DNA of 64,000 bases from Eledone cirrhosa (taxonomy: Eukaryota), in NCBI GenBank assembly GCA_964016885.1, contig OZ024740.1:148800001-148864000 (forward strand). Reading direction: 5' to 3'. The notes under the pieces are model-generated. The model ran no database searches. It saw only the letters and a list, made by a program, of their open reading frames with translations, and had not been told where the DNA came from. Of the stretch, positions 1-15,078 are shown piece by piece. The stretch's first letter is position 1; every line of letters starts with the position of its first letter. A program made the translations under genes and the position numbers.

Positions 1-119
1 TCATCCTCATTTGTAAGCTTCCTTTTCTTTTTTTTTCTTTCTTTTTCTCTTTTTCTTTTTCTCTTTATGTTTTTTTCTTTTTCTCCTTTTCCTTTGTCCA
101 CTTATTCTTAGGGATGTCA

Positions 120-1000
120 TGAGGGCAGATCCCACAAGCTCACCTTCTAACGGCTCCTGCTAGAATTAACCATCTCCAATTGATCGGGCTGGATGTCCAA
201 GTGAGACAAGCCGAGCTCATGTATGTTATCCAACGATCTTGCTCGAGCTCTTCCCTGGGTTTCTTGCCCGTTGGTTTTGCCTGTAAATTCTATCCAGTGA
301 CTCTTTACTTAGACATTCTGAGCACATGTCTGTAATATCGGAGCTGCGATCTCTCAATTCAGAAAAGTAGCGGCTCTAATTGGAGCCTCACTTCCGAGCT
401 GTCTCTCTCTCTCTATCGAGTAACGTTACTTCAAAGAATCTTTGGTGGAACCCCATTTCACCATTTGTATTTGTGATCGTATTCTGTCGGTCATTACACA
501 ACTTTCAAAGTTCTCCCATTTCTTAACTTTGGACATCTTTACTGTCTCTGCTGCAACTTTTGCGCGTGCTTATATTGCAAGTGCAGGGAGGGGTACTTAT
601 TTCCAAGCCAAGCTTTATAAGCTTATTTCTTTTCTCTGACAGCATCTATAAACTCCCGATTGAATTTACTTTCACCCGCAACATGTAACAACAAAATTAG
701 AAACTACTTCGCTGAAGAGTCTCCATTCCGTTTAAACGTCCTCAGCTTGCGCATGGAGTTATCTGAATTTGGATGCAATAGTATCCACATACATTGTCCT
801 CACGCTCTTATTCGCCAGCATTTCCCACTTTGACATGTAGGTCGAGCTAGGCCTGCCCTATTTTTTAGATTTTCATGGTTTAAGTAGTATGAGGTTGCAG
901 ATGCCTAAACGGTGATCAACTAAAAGCTTTGAGAACTGGCGATGAGCCTGCAACGTGTTCTGGGAGGCATTAGATGGATGCACAATGGCTGTGTATCTGA
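120..1000 (-). mobile_element. Degenerate RTE-clade LINE, internally deleted (RT domain absent)
   Basis: The minus strand reads ESCVMTDRIRSQIQ..EMGF..VTLLDR..IERSQLRYYRHVLRM..AKPTGKKPR (RTE C-terminus, with stops and frameshifts). 510-930 aligns by eye with the RTE EN/linker region at 63330-63800. Confidence 0.75.
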
Positions 1001-1571
1001 GACCCCAAAGAGAGTCCAAAAGGGAGCAAATCTTACGTTAACTCTTGACTTTTATTTTAGATGTCATAAGTAATTTAAATATTTATGTGATTATTTATAA
1101 ACTACTTTCAATGGATATTGATCTAAACTTTTACACTCCTCGCCCCAAAGTCACTATAATTTTTATCAACATTGGCTAGATGGTATTTGCACAATGTTAA
1201 ATATTTTCTGTTGTCAAACAATGAAAAAACATATTGAGTAGTCTCCTCGGGACTTCAAACAAATAAGCGAATTGATATTCTATATTTCAACTGGGTCAAA
1301 AGCATTATGTTAAGCCTTTAAGACCAGATGTTTTTATTTTATTCGTTTTGAATCAATAACATTATATAGTAGACAAATTTGATACCTATCGCGTATGAGA
1401 ATTGTCTCTTCTTGGAAAGATTTTCCCGCAAAACTTGATTCCCCTAATAGATATACTGAAACGCCCTGAATGGTAATCGATGAATATGTAGGCTAACTAT
1501 CACTCTATATTTCTTATTTTCCTTTACTTGGCAACAAAAAAATACATGATGAATCAGAATTTTATTATAAA

Positions 1572-2406
1572 CTAGCAGTGGTACCCGGCGTTGCACCGGA
1601 TAAGGTATTTTGGAACGCGGGCCGCCAACAGACCTAATCGTGGAAAAACTGCATGCCTGGACAATATGTAAAGAAAATAAACCGAATACTCTGATGGCTG
1701 GATAATCTTTAAGATTTTCCTCGATGAAGCAGGAAAAATGCAGGTTTTCACCTAGGAGATCAAGAAAATGATTTTTTTTTAATGTGCATAACATGCCTTG
1801 AAATTTCGGGAAAATGGGCTAGAGGTAACGCCTCAAAAAGCCCTAAAAAGCTGAAAAAATGAAGTTTTTCACCTAATGCGGGCCCTAGGCCAAAAAAAGT
1901 AGGATTTTCTTTGCTCACTGTATGAAGAAGAGACTGACTAATACATAGTTACAATTTCCAGGACAATCGCTTTGACGTAACGCCTCAAAAAAACCTCTAA
2001 AAAGCTGAAAAAACGCAGTTTTTCACCTAATGCGGGCCCTAGGGGATCAAACATGTGCATAACACTCCCTGAAACATAAGTAATACAGATGTAAAGTTTG
2101 AAAAAAGTCGGTTGGGTACTTCTCGAGTTTTAGAGATTCAAACTCACAGACACACACACACAGACAGACATCCGCAGGGAAGTGACGTAATACAGACAGA
2201 TATTATAAGGGCGCGACGTTATAAGTATGTATCTATCTAAAAAGAGAAAGACTAAGAATTATAGAGAGAGATCGCTAAATCGCCTAATGCGGTCTCTAGG
2301 GCATTAAAAATTTGAAATTCTTTTTGCTCAGAACACTCCCTGAAACATAAGTATTACATGTGTAAAGTTTGAAAACAGTCGGTTGGGTACTTCCCAGGTT
2401 TTAAGG

Positions 2407-2454
<48 letters not shown>

Positions 2455-2475
2455 CCTCAATTTTATATATATAGA
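1572..2475 (-). mobile_element. Non-autonomous Helitron-like element
   Basis: On the minus strand it starts A|TCTATATATATAAAA and ends ..CCGGTGCAACGCCGGGTACCACTGCTAG|T (subterminal hairpin + CTAG, inserted between A and T). It has internal direct duplications and a (CA)n tract. Confidence 0.75.
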
Positions 2476-2476
2476 T

Positions 2477-2665
2477 AATTTTTCTACTTTTGGCACAAGG
2501 CCAGAAATTACACCAGTACATTACTAGTACTTTATTTTATCGACCCCGTAAGGATGAAAGGCAAAGTTAACCTCGGCGGGATTTGAACTCAGACCATAAA
2601 GGGCCGTAATTCTATGCTGCAAAGCATGGTGTCCGACTCTCTGCCGATACTTCCAATCCACCGCC
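2477..2665 (-). mobile_element. tRNA-derived SINE family A (MetaSINE-like central domain)
   Basis: B box GAGTTCAAATCCC, central GCCTTTCATCCTTACGGGGTCGATAAAATAAAGTAC. Six further copies occur in the window. Confidence 0.85.
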
Positions 2666-3849
2666 ATTAATGATGATAATAATGATATATATGGGGTGGG
2701 GGTGATATAGCTACGGTGTGTGTGTGTGTGTATAAGGAGTATCACGGACTGTGAAAAAATAAAAATCAAGGATGACTGACAAAGCAATTGCAAAGTTTGA
2801 AATTTGAAAATGTGGTCTCAGAAAGTTTTGAAATGGTCTTGATTTATGGAAACTGTTAAAAATAATATTTGTTAAACTTGTAATATTTTATTTGATATTC
2901 ATTTCCCTTAGGTTTTTGTTGTTGTTTCGGAAAGATAATTGAGTCCTCATTCAACCCTTTGCTTTTGATCGTTGTTTCCGAAAAATAACTGAAGATTATT
3001 GCAGTCCTTATTCAACAATATTTGATTCGACTTACATCCATCATTAACAGAAAAATTGTTAATTATAATATTGACTCTGGAAGCTGCAAGCAAAGAATGC
3101 CACTGAAGAATAGATCTTCATTTGAAAGAAAGTCTCATAAAGCTATGTCAAAGCAGCTACAAAGGTAGATTGAAAGTAAGGAATAGCTAAAAGAATGACA
3201 CCAAAACCAAAGAAAAGAACAGCAAAATATAGGCAAAATGAATTAGAGGAAAAAGAACAAAAAGCCTTGCTCATGATAGGAAAAGTAAATCAATTATTCC
3301 TCAATAGGCATCAGATGTACAAAAATGATAAAAACACCAGAGAAATAAGCAGCCTAAACACTGCATGAAGAAACTGAAGTTCAAAGAACTCAAAGGTTAT
3401 GTGAACATGGAGCAAGAACAGAAGATTTTCGATTCAAAAAGGTTGCCAAGTGGTAGTTGGCTGCTTTTAGTGACAATCCACATGAAGACTATGCCTCAGA
3501 ATCTTTAATTAAAAATTCCTGAAGAACAAGTCCAAATTTTGGTATTAAAAATGGAATTGTGAGTCAACTTGCTTGTGCTCTTCAAATGAAAAGATTAAAT
3601 CGAGACTATTACCTGAACCACCAGAATCCTGAATCAAAACATGATCTTCAAGATATCCAGAAGTACAATAATACAGATGCTCACGGGTTGGAAGTTTAAA
3701 CAATCTTTTCATGTATACTCCATTGAGAAAAGGTCATGCATTATTTCATAACTTGCTTTTATCTGTTTTATATTTCAAGTTTATTATCGTTGATGATGTG
3801 CTATCTAAGGAGGGTGATCAGAGAGCATAATAACTAGAATAAGGATAGG

Positions 3850-4175
3850 ATGGAAAATGTTTAGAGAGCTACTCCCACTGTTGACAACAAAAGGTTTCTC
3901 TCTACGTACAAAAGGACGACCGCATGTCGCCTCTCTACGAAGTGCCAAGTACAATATGGGTTGTGACTGCGGCAGACATGCGTAGGCTGGCGAGAAATGA
4001 AGCAACCATGCTTCGCTGAATGTGAAATGTAAGTGTGAGAGAAAGGCAGAGCTAGCTTGGATGATTTGAGGTAGAAACTGGGTTTAAGTGGAATCAGAAG
4101 CGGTGTGCAGGAGAGAAGACTGTATTGGTACGGGAAGGTGGTGCGCATGGATGATGATCACTGTATGAAATAGTT
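3850..4175 (+). mobile_element. RTE-clade LINE 3' remnant
   Basis: Translates with stops to WKMFRELLPLLTTKGFSLRTKGR..RNEATMLR*M..RRLYWYGKVVRMDDD. Confidence 0.7.
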
Positions 4176-4239
4176 CAAGCCCTCCGCTATCAACACGCAA
4201 ACTCAAGGACACTACAACGAACTAATACCGGACCAGCAA

Positions 4240-4830
4240 CAAATCGATATTCCTGAGTTGAAATCAATACGGGACCTGTGTATTGACATTGATGCATCGT
4301 TTCATGCTCACATTATCAAAATGGCAGCAATATGCAGGCGACTGGCTGGTTGTATTCTGAGGACGTTCAGCACAAGAGACCGGACATCACTGTTGGTCCT
4401 CTGGCGGACATTTGTCCTCTACCAACTTGACTATTGCAGTCACTCCACAGTTTTAAGCTAACCGTAGAACTTGAAGCAAACCATTGAAGCTCCACCAATA
4501 TTGCGTCAATAAAGGTGATGAGTTACTGGGGAGGCTGAAAGAACTAAAGTTGTACATCCTGGTAGGAAGACAGGAGACATGTACAGTAATATACATATGC
4601 ATGTTTTGGGAACGGCTACCTCGAAATTTGGCATTGAGAGCTGGAACAACCCTACTACAGAACTCTCCACTGTAGTGCCAAAGGACCCAACATTTGGAGT
4701 AAGATACTTACGGTTCAAGTTTTTAATAAGCTGCCAAAAGATCTCGAGATATTTGTATAGTGTGAATGAAAATGTTTTCAAGAAGCATATCAACAGAATG
4801 GCACACAGTGTATCAACCTCGGTGCATTGA
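4240..4830 (+). mobile_element. Old CR1/L2-group LINE 3' remnant
   Basis: IRDLCIDID..RRLAGCILRTFSTRD..LDYCS is homologous to [29 protein letters not shown] in the 9220-10734 ORF. Confidence 0.7.
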
Positions 4831-5443
4831 AACTCTAGTGGTTTCGGGGGTTGAATGATGGGAGAGGATTGGGGGACTTTCCGTTTTCATTTCCTTGTCT
4901 TTCTCCTGTATACCCCACTCTTTTGGATTCATATTCCGAAGTTTTAACCACCACGTGTGCTTTTTTGAACCTATCTAATAAGACATTCCACAACCTCATT
5001 TGTCTTCATCTTTACCTCCGTCCTAACTTCTCTATATCTCCAACCCATATTTCTTTTTCTGTATGTTGGAGTGCAGTCCATATATATATTTTCTATTTCT
5101 CTCCTTTAGTCTAGCTATCGCCCACCGTTACTATATCTTTTCTTTCAGTTGGTGCACTTTGGTTCGTAGCATTTTTTCTGTTTTTCGTCTGTATGTACGT
5201 AAATCGAGGAAGGGTATATTTCCAGTGTCTACCTGTTGTGTTGCATCCCAGTGTGCACTGAAATGGATTATAATTTGATGCACTACAACTGTTGTGATCT
5301 CCGGTAATTTAGATAAGAGACTGTCCGTTTTTTTCCCGTTGTTTCCGTTGTTTTTTTTTCTTGTGTGCCTTTCCCGTTTTGGGCTTATTTGAATATATAT
5401 ATATATATATCATATATATATGTATGTATATCATAAACATACG

Positions 5444-5480
<37 letters not shown>

Positions 5481-5482
<2 letters not shown>

Positions 5483-5579
5483 TCTACCTGGAGTTGCGAC
5501 CGATAGATAGTAGAAGCAATTGGAAAGACCAACGGAAACATTGTTCCCTCGGTCCGATTTGACGAAAGTCGATCGTCCT
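5481..5579 (+). repeat. ~100-bp interspersed repeat; 3' part of SINE family B
   Basis: Near-identical to 24304-24402, where it follows a tRNA-like head. Flanked by TA arrays. Confidence 0.75.
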
Positions 5580-5695
5580 AAAAAAAAATATATATATATC
5601 ATATATATATGTATGTTTATATATATCATATATATATGTATGTTTATATATATCATATATATATATATATCATATATATATGTATGTTTATATAT

Positions 5696-5739
<44 letters not shown>

Positions 5740-5744
<5 letters not shown>

Positions 5745-6543
5745 ATTAGAATACTGGAGCGTGTTTGAGTCAAACACCCTCTTCGTATATAGAAATGACA
5801 GTAAAAGGTATAGCTCAATGCAGTTAAACAGAGCCAAAAAATTAAGAGAGTAAAACAAAGAATCCTTTAATACATCAAAAGATTATCTATTCTACTTTAT
5901 TATATTGTATTGAATTATATAATTTTGTTGTTTATTATTTGTTATAAGTGTTCCTTGTAATTATATCATATTATTGCCTCATGTATATTGGGTAGATGTA
6001 TTAGTATTATTTTCACTATTACCATGCTTATTTTTAATATTCAAACTTCTAATAGGGCTTAATTTCTGTGTAATAGAATATAGATATGTGTATTGTTATA
6101 TGTGTGTGTGTGTGTGCGCACATATATACATGTATATATTGTACCTTTTGATTTTTAATTTGGAATTTTAATGTTGGTATAAATATATTATTATTATAAT
6201 GTATTATATTGTGTTATATATAATTCCTGCTCTATATAACCAAATTTGTTTAGATTTAGGTTGGTGGCTTTGGACTATATTTGTAATATGGTTCTTAATG
6301 TTATCTACATCCTTAGTTATTATAATTTTATTATTTTTATCTTTATTTTCATTTTTATTATCGTATATCTTTGCAAGATACTAGTGTATGTACACTCCAT
6401 ATTCTTCAGAGTTTCTGGCTTGTATCTGCCGATATTACCTCTTGTTGTTTTGATTGCCCTGATGAGTCCTTAATAGGACGAAACATTGTCGGCTGATAAA
6501 AACTTTTGATGTATTAAAGGATTCTTTGTTTTACTCTCTTAAT
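5740..6543 (+). mobile_element. PLE-like non-coding terminal repeat with HHR and inverted terminal copy
   Basis: HHR at 6454-6495. Perfect 41-bp inverted repeat 5841-5881/6503-6543. Embedded in TA arrays. Confidence 0.55.
6454..6495 (+). ncRNA. Minimal type-I hammerhead ribozyme
   Basis: GCC-CTGATGA-GTCCT(TAAT)AGGAC-GAAA-C(ATT)G-TC^GGC. Core intact, stem I short. Confidence 0.75.
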
Positions 6544-8047
<1,504 letters not shown>

Positions 8048-8530
8048 ATGGATGTATATATAATGTATTTTGCAATACACTTTATGCTTAATTAAAAGCA
8101 TTTTGAAGACCGTAAGCTATTGTTTTAAAGTAGTGACAAATTCACTCACTTTGATCTTTATATATACATTATATATACATCCATATATATATTGCTATTT
8201 CAGAGCTCCAATAATTTTTAATTTCTGCCTGACCAACAACCGCTTTGCATAATCAGCTCCTGATTATTTACTAGATTTCTATAAGAATATAACATCAATG
8301 ATCTCAGTAAACAGGTGGGGTAGTTGGCCTTGATAAGCTTCAACCAAAGCGAAACAAGTCTTGTCGGCTTATCTCCCCTGTTTGCTGAGATCAAAGTGAG
8401 TGAATTTGTCACTACTTTAAAACAATAGCTTACGGTCTTCAAAATGCTTTTAATTAAGCATAAAGTGTATTGCAAAATACATTATATATACATCCATGTA
8501 TATATTGCTATTTCAGAGCTCCAATTCTAA
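8048..8530 (+). mobile_element. PLE-like non-coding repeat with fold-back and hammerhead
   Basis: 110-bp inverted repeat 8048-8157/8388-8497 and a direct repeat of ~8167-8212 at ~8478-8525. Homologous to 43015-43210 in the opposite orientation. Confidence 0.65.
8326..8369 (+). ncRNA. Hammerhead ribozyme, U3-A8 core variant
   Basis: GGCC-TTGATAA-GCTT(CAACCA)AAGC-GAAA-CAAG(T)CTTG-TC^GGCT, enclosed by an outer helix CTCAGTAAACAGG/CCTGTTTGCTGAG. Confidence 0.7.
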
Positions 8531-8547
8531 TTTTTATATATATATAT

Positions 8548-8605
<58 letters not shown>

Positions 8606-8607
8606 AT

Positions 8608-8894
<287 letters not shown>

Positions 8895-8895
8895 A

Positions 8896-9072
<177 letters not shown>

Positions 9073-9097
9073 ATATATATTATATATATATATATAT

Positions 9098-9129
<32 letters not shown>

Positions 9130-9132
9130 ATA

Positions 9133-10732
9133 TAACTTTGAATAACTTTGAAATGTTTTGGCCAGTATTGGCCCAGGCCATGTCTAACTTAATAGCACCA
9201 CCTGGCGAAGTCTTTCAATTCAGGATTTGGGCACCGTGGCCCATTCGAGAAGAGAATTACTGTTTGCGGAGACATATCCGGGTGTGGGTGGTTTGTCCGG
9301 GATTACTTGGAGGAATTTGTCCAAAGACTTCTTGAATTTTGTGTGGTCAGTTTCTGTTTTGACGTGTCCTGGTGTGATGTTGAAGAGAGCAGGGCCGATT
9401 GAGGTGAAATAATTGTGCCGTATTGTTGTTATGAGTTGCGATTTAGATTTTTGAATGGGACGGATAGCACGGGGCCCAAGCCTTGGGTGTATCTTGAAGG
9501 CGATGCCAACATCATTTGGGCAGTGATGATGGAACATTTTCCACATCATGCAGATAATATAACGCTCACGGCGACGTTGGAGTGAGTAAAGTTTCAGGTT
9601 TTCCAATCGACCCCAGTAGTCAAGGTCTGACATGCCATCTATCTTTTTCGTGATTGCCCTTTGAGGAGCTTCAAGTTTCATGATACTTTGTTTCGTGTGG
9701 GGAGACCACAGTGGACAACAGTATTCAAGGTGTGGTCGGGCGAAAGTAGAGAAGAGAAGGATAATGGTGCGGGAATCTCTCGACTGGAAGGTTCTGAGGA
9801 TCCAGGAACACATTCTGCGGGCCATGTCAACTTTGCTGCTTATATGCGTGGTCCAGCCTATGTTGCTGTCCACGGTTACTCCCAAGTCTCTGATGTTGTT
9901 AGATGCCACGAGAGTTTCCCCGGAGGGAAGGGAGTACGGGAGTTTCAGAGCATCCTCTTTTCCAAAGTGGATCAGTTCGAATTTGTCTTCGTTCAGTAAC
10001 ATGTTGTTCTTTTCTGCCCATTGGGTAACAGCCAGTAGGTCTGACTGAAGGCTTATCCGGTCATCCACGCCATTGATGACCTTTTGGAGCTTGGAATCAT
10101 CAGCGAAAAGTTTAATGTTGCTGTGTTTGATGATGTCAGTGATGTCATTAATATAGATGATGAAGAGAAGTGGGCCCAACACAGTGCCTTGTGGGACTCC
10201 ACTACTGACTTTGGCTGGGCTTGATTTGACTCCCTCAACTACAACATGTTGGGTTCTGTTTGACAGGAAGCTCTTGATCCACTGCAGCAGCTTTCCAGTG
10301 ACACCAATATTGGACAGCTTTCTCAGTAGAATGTTATGATCAACCCTGTCAAAGGCCTTGCTGAAATCAAGGTAGATAACATCAGTGTTGGAACCCTCTC
10401 CCAAGGCTCTCAAAATGTCATCAAAGTGATGCAGTAGTTGCGTCAGGCAATCCCTTCCATTACGGAATCCATGCTGGTTGGAGTTCAGCATATTGTTACT
10501 CTCAAGGAAGTGGGTCATTCGCGATCTCACCACTCGCTCAAATACCTTAATGATATGAGAGGTGAGTGAGATTGGACGGTAATTCACGGCAAGGGATTTG
10601 TTTCCCTTTTTGAAAACTGGGACAACAGACTGGGATAGAAGGTTTTCTGGCACATATCCAGCATCCAGTGAGTTCCGCCACAGATTGGCAAGAGGAGAAG
10701 CAAGTTGGTGTTGACACGCCTTCAAGACACAC
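9133..10732 (-). mobile_element. 5'-truncated CR1/L2-group LINE (RT + 3' end), young
   Basis: Uninterrupted ORF 9220-10734 with YRPISLTS, QHGF, YLDFSKAFD, GVPQGTVLGPLLF and FADD. 3' tail (TTCAAAGTTA)x2. TA arrays on both sides. Confidence 0.95.
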
Positions 10733-10737
10733 ATATA

Positions 10738-10770
<33 letters not shown>

Positions 10771-11029
10771 GGTATATATATATATATATATGATATATAT
10801 ATATATATGATATATATATATATATGATATATATATATATATATGATATATATATATATATATATATATATGATATATATATATATATATATATATGATA
10901 TATATATATATGATATATATTTATATATATATATATATATGATATATATATATATATGATATATATATATATATGATATATATATATATATGATATATAT
11001 ATATATATCATATATATATATATATATAT

Positions 11030-11086
<57 letters not shown>

Positions 11087-11613
11087 TATATATATCATAT
11101 ATATATATATATATCATATATATATATATATATCATATATATATATATATATCATATATATATATATATCATATATATATATATATATATCATATATATA
11201 TATATATATATCATATATATATATATATATATCATATATATATATATATATATCATATATATATATATGATATATATATCTATATATATATCTATATATA
11301 TATATATATATATATATGATATATATATATATATATCATATATATATATATATATATGATATATATATCTCTATATATATATCTATATATATATATATAT
11401 ATATATCATATATATATATATATCATATATATATATATATCATATATATATATATATATCATATATATATATATCATATATATAAATATATATCATATAT
11501 ATATATATATCATATATATATATATCATATATATATATATATCATATATATATATATATATCATATATATATATATCATATATATATATATATATCATAT
11601 ATATATATATATA

Positions 11614-11671
<58 letters not shown>

Positions 11672-11850
11672 GTATATCATATATATATATATATATCATA
11701 TATATATATATATATACCATATATATATCATATATATATATATATCATATATATATATATATCATATATATATATATACCATATATATATCATATATATA
11801 AATATATCATATATATATATATACCGTATATATATCATATATATATATAT

Positions 11851-11893
<43 letters not shown>

Positions 11894-11950
11894 TATATAT
11901 ATATATATATATATCATATATATATATATCATATATATATATATATATAT

Positions 11951-12010
<60 letters not shown>

Positions 12011-12291
12011 CATATATATATATATATATATATCATATATATATATATATATATCATATATATATATATATATATATATACCATATATATATATATATAT
12101 ATATCATATATATATATATATATATATATATACCATATATATATCATATATATATATACCATATATATATCATATATATATATATATATATCATATGTAT
12201 ATATATATCATATGTATATATATATATCATATATATATATATATATATATATCATATGTATATATATATATATCATATGTATATATATATC

Positions 12292-12353
<62 letters not shown>

Positions 12354-12375
12354 TATAAATATATATATATATATA

Positions 12376-12960
12376 CGTTATTCCGGGTTGAATCGGAGGT
12401 AACCACAGTAAGTAAGGTACTCAATACATTGCAGAGTATAAAAGTTTTAATATAGATGAGATTCTACAGGACTAGAACTGTTTCATTCTTTAGAAATCAT
12501 CAGGAATCTTGGTATCAAAAAATATGTATGGTATTTCTAGATCTCTACAAGTGGTAGGAGAGGGTGGGGAGTGGGATGGGTGTAGGTCATTGGTTGATAG
12601 AAAATTCATTAAAAGTTAATTCTACAAAGCTATAGTTTATTTATATTTTTAGAGTAACAAAGGCAAAAAGAATTCTATAAACAGGTTCAGGATGGCATGC
12701 CACTCCTTATTATTAAGTTTCTCTTAAGCTAACAGGTGTCTATAAGATCAGTGGGGGTCAGTCATTGTAGATAGATTTAAAGGAAAGGGAGTTTCTTTAA
12801 AAGCTAAATTCTTTACTGAGTGACAAAGGTTTAGAGAATTCTGTAGACAAATTCAAAATATTGGGTGCCTATCTTACAATTATCTTCAATTTTCTCTTAA
12901 ACTGTTCAACTATATGCCAAAATCAACAGACACATTCACAAAACACACTCACTCACACAC
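12376..12960 (-). mobile_element. PLE-like non-coding terminal repeat with HHR
   Basis: Contains the HHR at 12459-12509. Partial copy at 18400-18657 and inverted copy at ~22165-22525. Confidence 0.6.
12459..12509 (-). ncRNA. Type-I hammerhead ribozyme
   Basis: Minus strand: AGATTC-CTGATGA-T-TTCT(AA)AGAA-T-GAAA-CAG(TTCTAGTC)CTG-TA^GAATCT. Confidence 0.8.
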
Positions 12961-13016
12961 TCGCGCGCACCTATAAACACACACACATACACATATATAT
13001 ATATATACACACACAC

Positions 13017-13077
<61 letters not shown>

Positions 13078-13164
13078 CACATATATATATATATACACAT
13101 ACACATATATATATATACATACACACACACATACACACATATGTAAATATATATATATATATAA

Positions 13165-13233
<69 letters not shown>

Positions 13234-13337
13234 TATACAGACATATATATATACATATACACGTATATACACACACACACATATATATATACACATATAC
13301 ACCATACATACATATACCCATATATATACACACATAG

Positions 13338-13382
<45 letters not shown>

Positions 13383-13470
13383 CACACACACATGCATGCA
13401 TGGTGCATGCGTGCACACATATGCGTGTGTATGTGTGCATATATGCACATATGTATATGTATGCATATAC

Positions 13471-13511
<41 letters not shown>

Positions 13512-13611
13512 TATATATAGATATACATACATATATACATATACACATATATATATATATACACACACACACACATATACACACACATACAATATAAATA
13601 TATATATATAT

Positions 13612-13652
<41 letters not shown>

Positions 13653-13661
13653 CATATATGC

Positions 13662-13760
<99 letters not shown>

Positions 13761-14345
13761 TCTTGCTCTGAGGCTCTGTGTAATTGCCTAAATAAGGAAG
13801 CATGCCCACTTGAAAACAAATGCCTCACAAATGATATCGTATACAAATGCGATGTCATCTCAGGCACCGATAATTGCAAAAAAACTTACATCGGCATGAC
13901 CTCCAACAATTTTAAGCCCCGTTGGTATGCTCATACCCACTCCTTCAGAAGACCGGACAAATCAAACCAGACAACACTCGCCTCCTATGTTTGGGACCTC
14001 AAAAGGAACTCCACCCCTTTCACGCTTAAATGGAAAATACTGCAGAAAGCGCGCTCTTACAACGGAGGACAAAAGGGCTGCGACCTTTGTATCTCAGAGA
14101 GCTACGAAATTTTACCGCCAAGGGCCCGTAACTGAACAAACTCTCTGAACACTGCCCGAACTGCATGCACAAGAACTTTGCAACTTTCAAACACTTTAAG
14201 CCAGTGTTAAAGCCCGATGGCTAAAAACGACGTCCCCCTGTTAGCCCCTATATCTCCTTCCCACCCTACCCCCACCCCTCCTCAACCTGAAATACGGCCA
14301 CTATCGTTATGTGAATAGCTCTTACTATCTGCATTTTCTGCCCGT
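13761..14345 (+). mobile_element. Naiad-type PLE 3' fragment (GIY-YIG endonuclease)
   Basis: [55 protein letters not shown], with a frameshift before LNKLSEHCPNCMH. Confidence 0.88.
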
Positions 14346-14524
14346 AGAGCTGTTTTTATATGCCTGTGTATATGCGTATATTTATTGAGTACTTATTTAT
14401 TTGTATGTGTATATATTTGTGTGTATGTGTGTATATGTATGCATATGTATGTGTATGTATATGTATGTGTGCATATATGTATGTGTATGTGTGTGTGTAT
14501 ATATGTATGTATATATATATATAT

Positions 14525-14878
14525 GTCAGGTCACCAGTTGGTGCTACTGGTAACATGTATCCCAGTACAACCTGTCTCATGGTCGGGTCGTTGGCGACTA
14601 AACTGGCAACCCCACCAAGGTTTCTTGGTGAGGAGGGTGACTTTGGACATCCTGCAGGACTAAAAACAAAACCTGTCAAAGGGCAAAGGAGCTCTTAAGA
14701 GTCAATGGCCATCCAAAATCACCGGGAGAGATGACCCCTTAGCCTTTGTCAAGGCAGAATTCTAGGAGAAGGAAAACTCTGATATAACACCTGCAACCCT
14801 GATGGTATCCAATGATGTTGACTTGTTCTTCTTTTTGGTAAATATCATCTTGGTTAAGAGAGTGGGACTGGCTTTGTG
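14525..14878. repeat. Interspersed repeat family X (cut by the gap)
   Basis: Near-identical to 24741-25362 and 50586-51146. Confidence 0.85.
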
Positions 14879-15078
14879 NNNNNNNNNNNNNNNNNNNNNN
14901 NNNNNNNNNNNNNNNNNNNNNNNNNNNNNNNNNNNNNNNNNNNNNNNNNNNNNNNNNNNNNNNNNNNNNNNNNNNNNNNNNNNNNNNNNNNNNNNNNNNN
15001 NNNNNNNNNNNNNNNNNNNNNNNNNNNNNNNNNNNNNNNNNNNNNNNNNNNNNNNNNNNNNNNNNNNNNNNNNNNNNN
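14879..15078. other. Assembly gap (200 N)
   Basis: Run of N. Confidence 1.

Noticed and set aside
2735-3780. Possible decayed DNA-transposon coding region
   Set aside because: No recognisable transposase motif or TIR pair.
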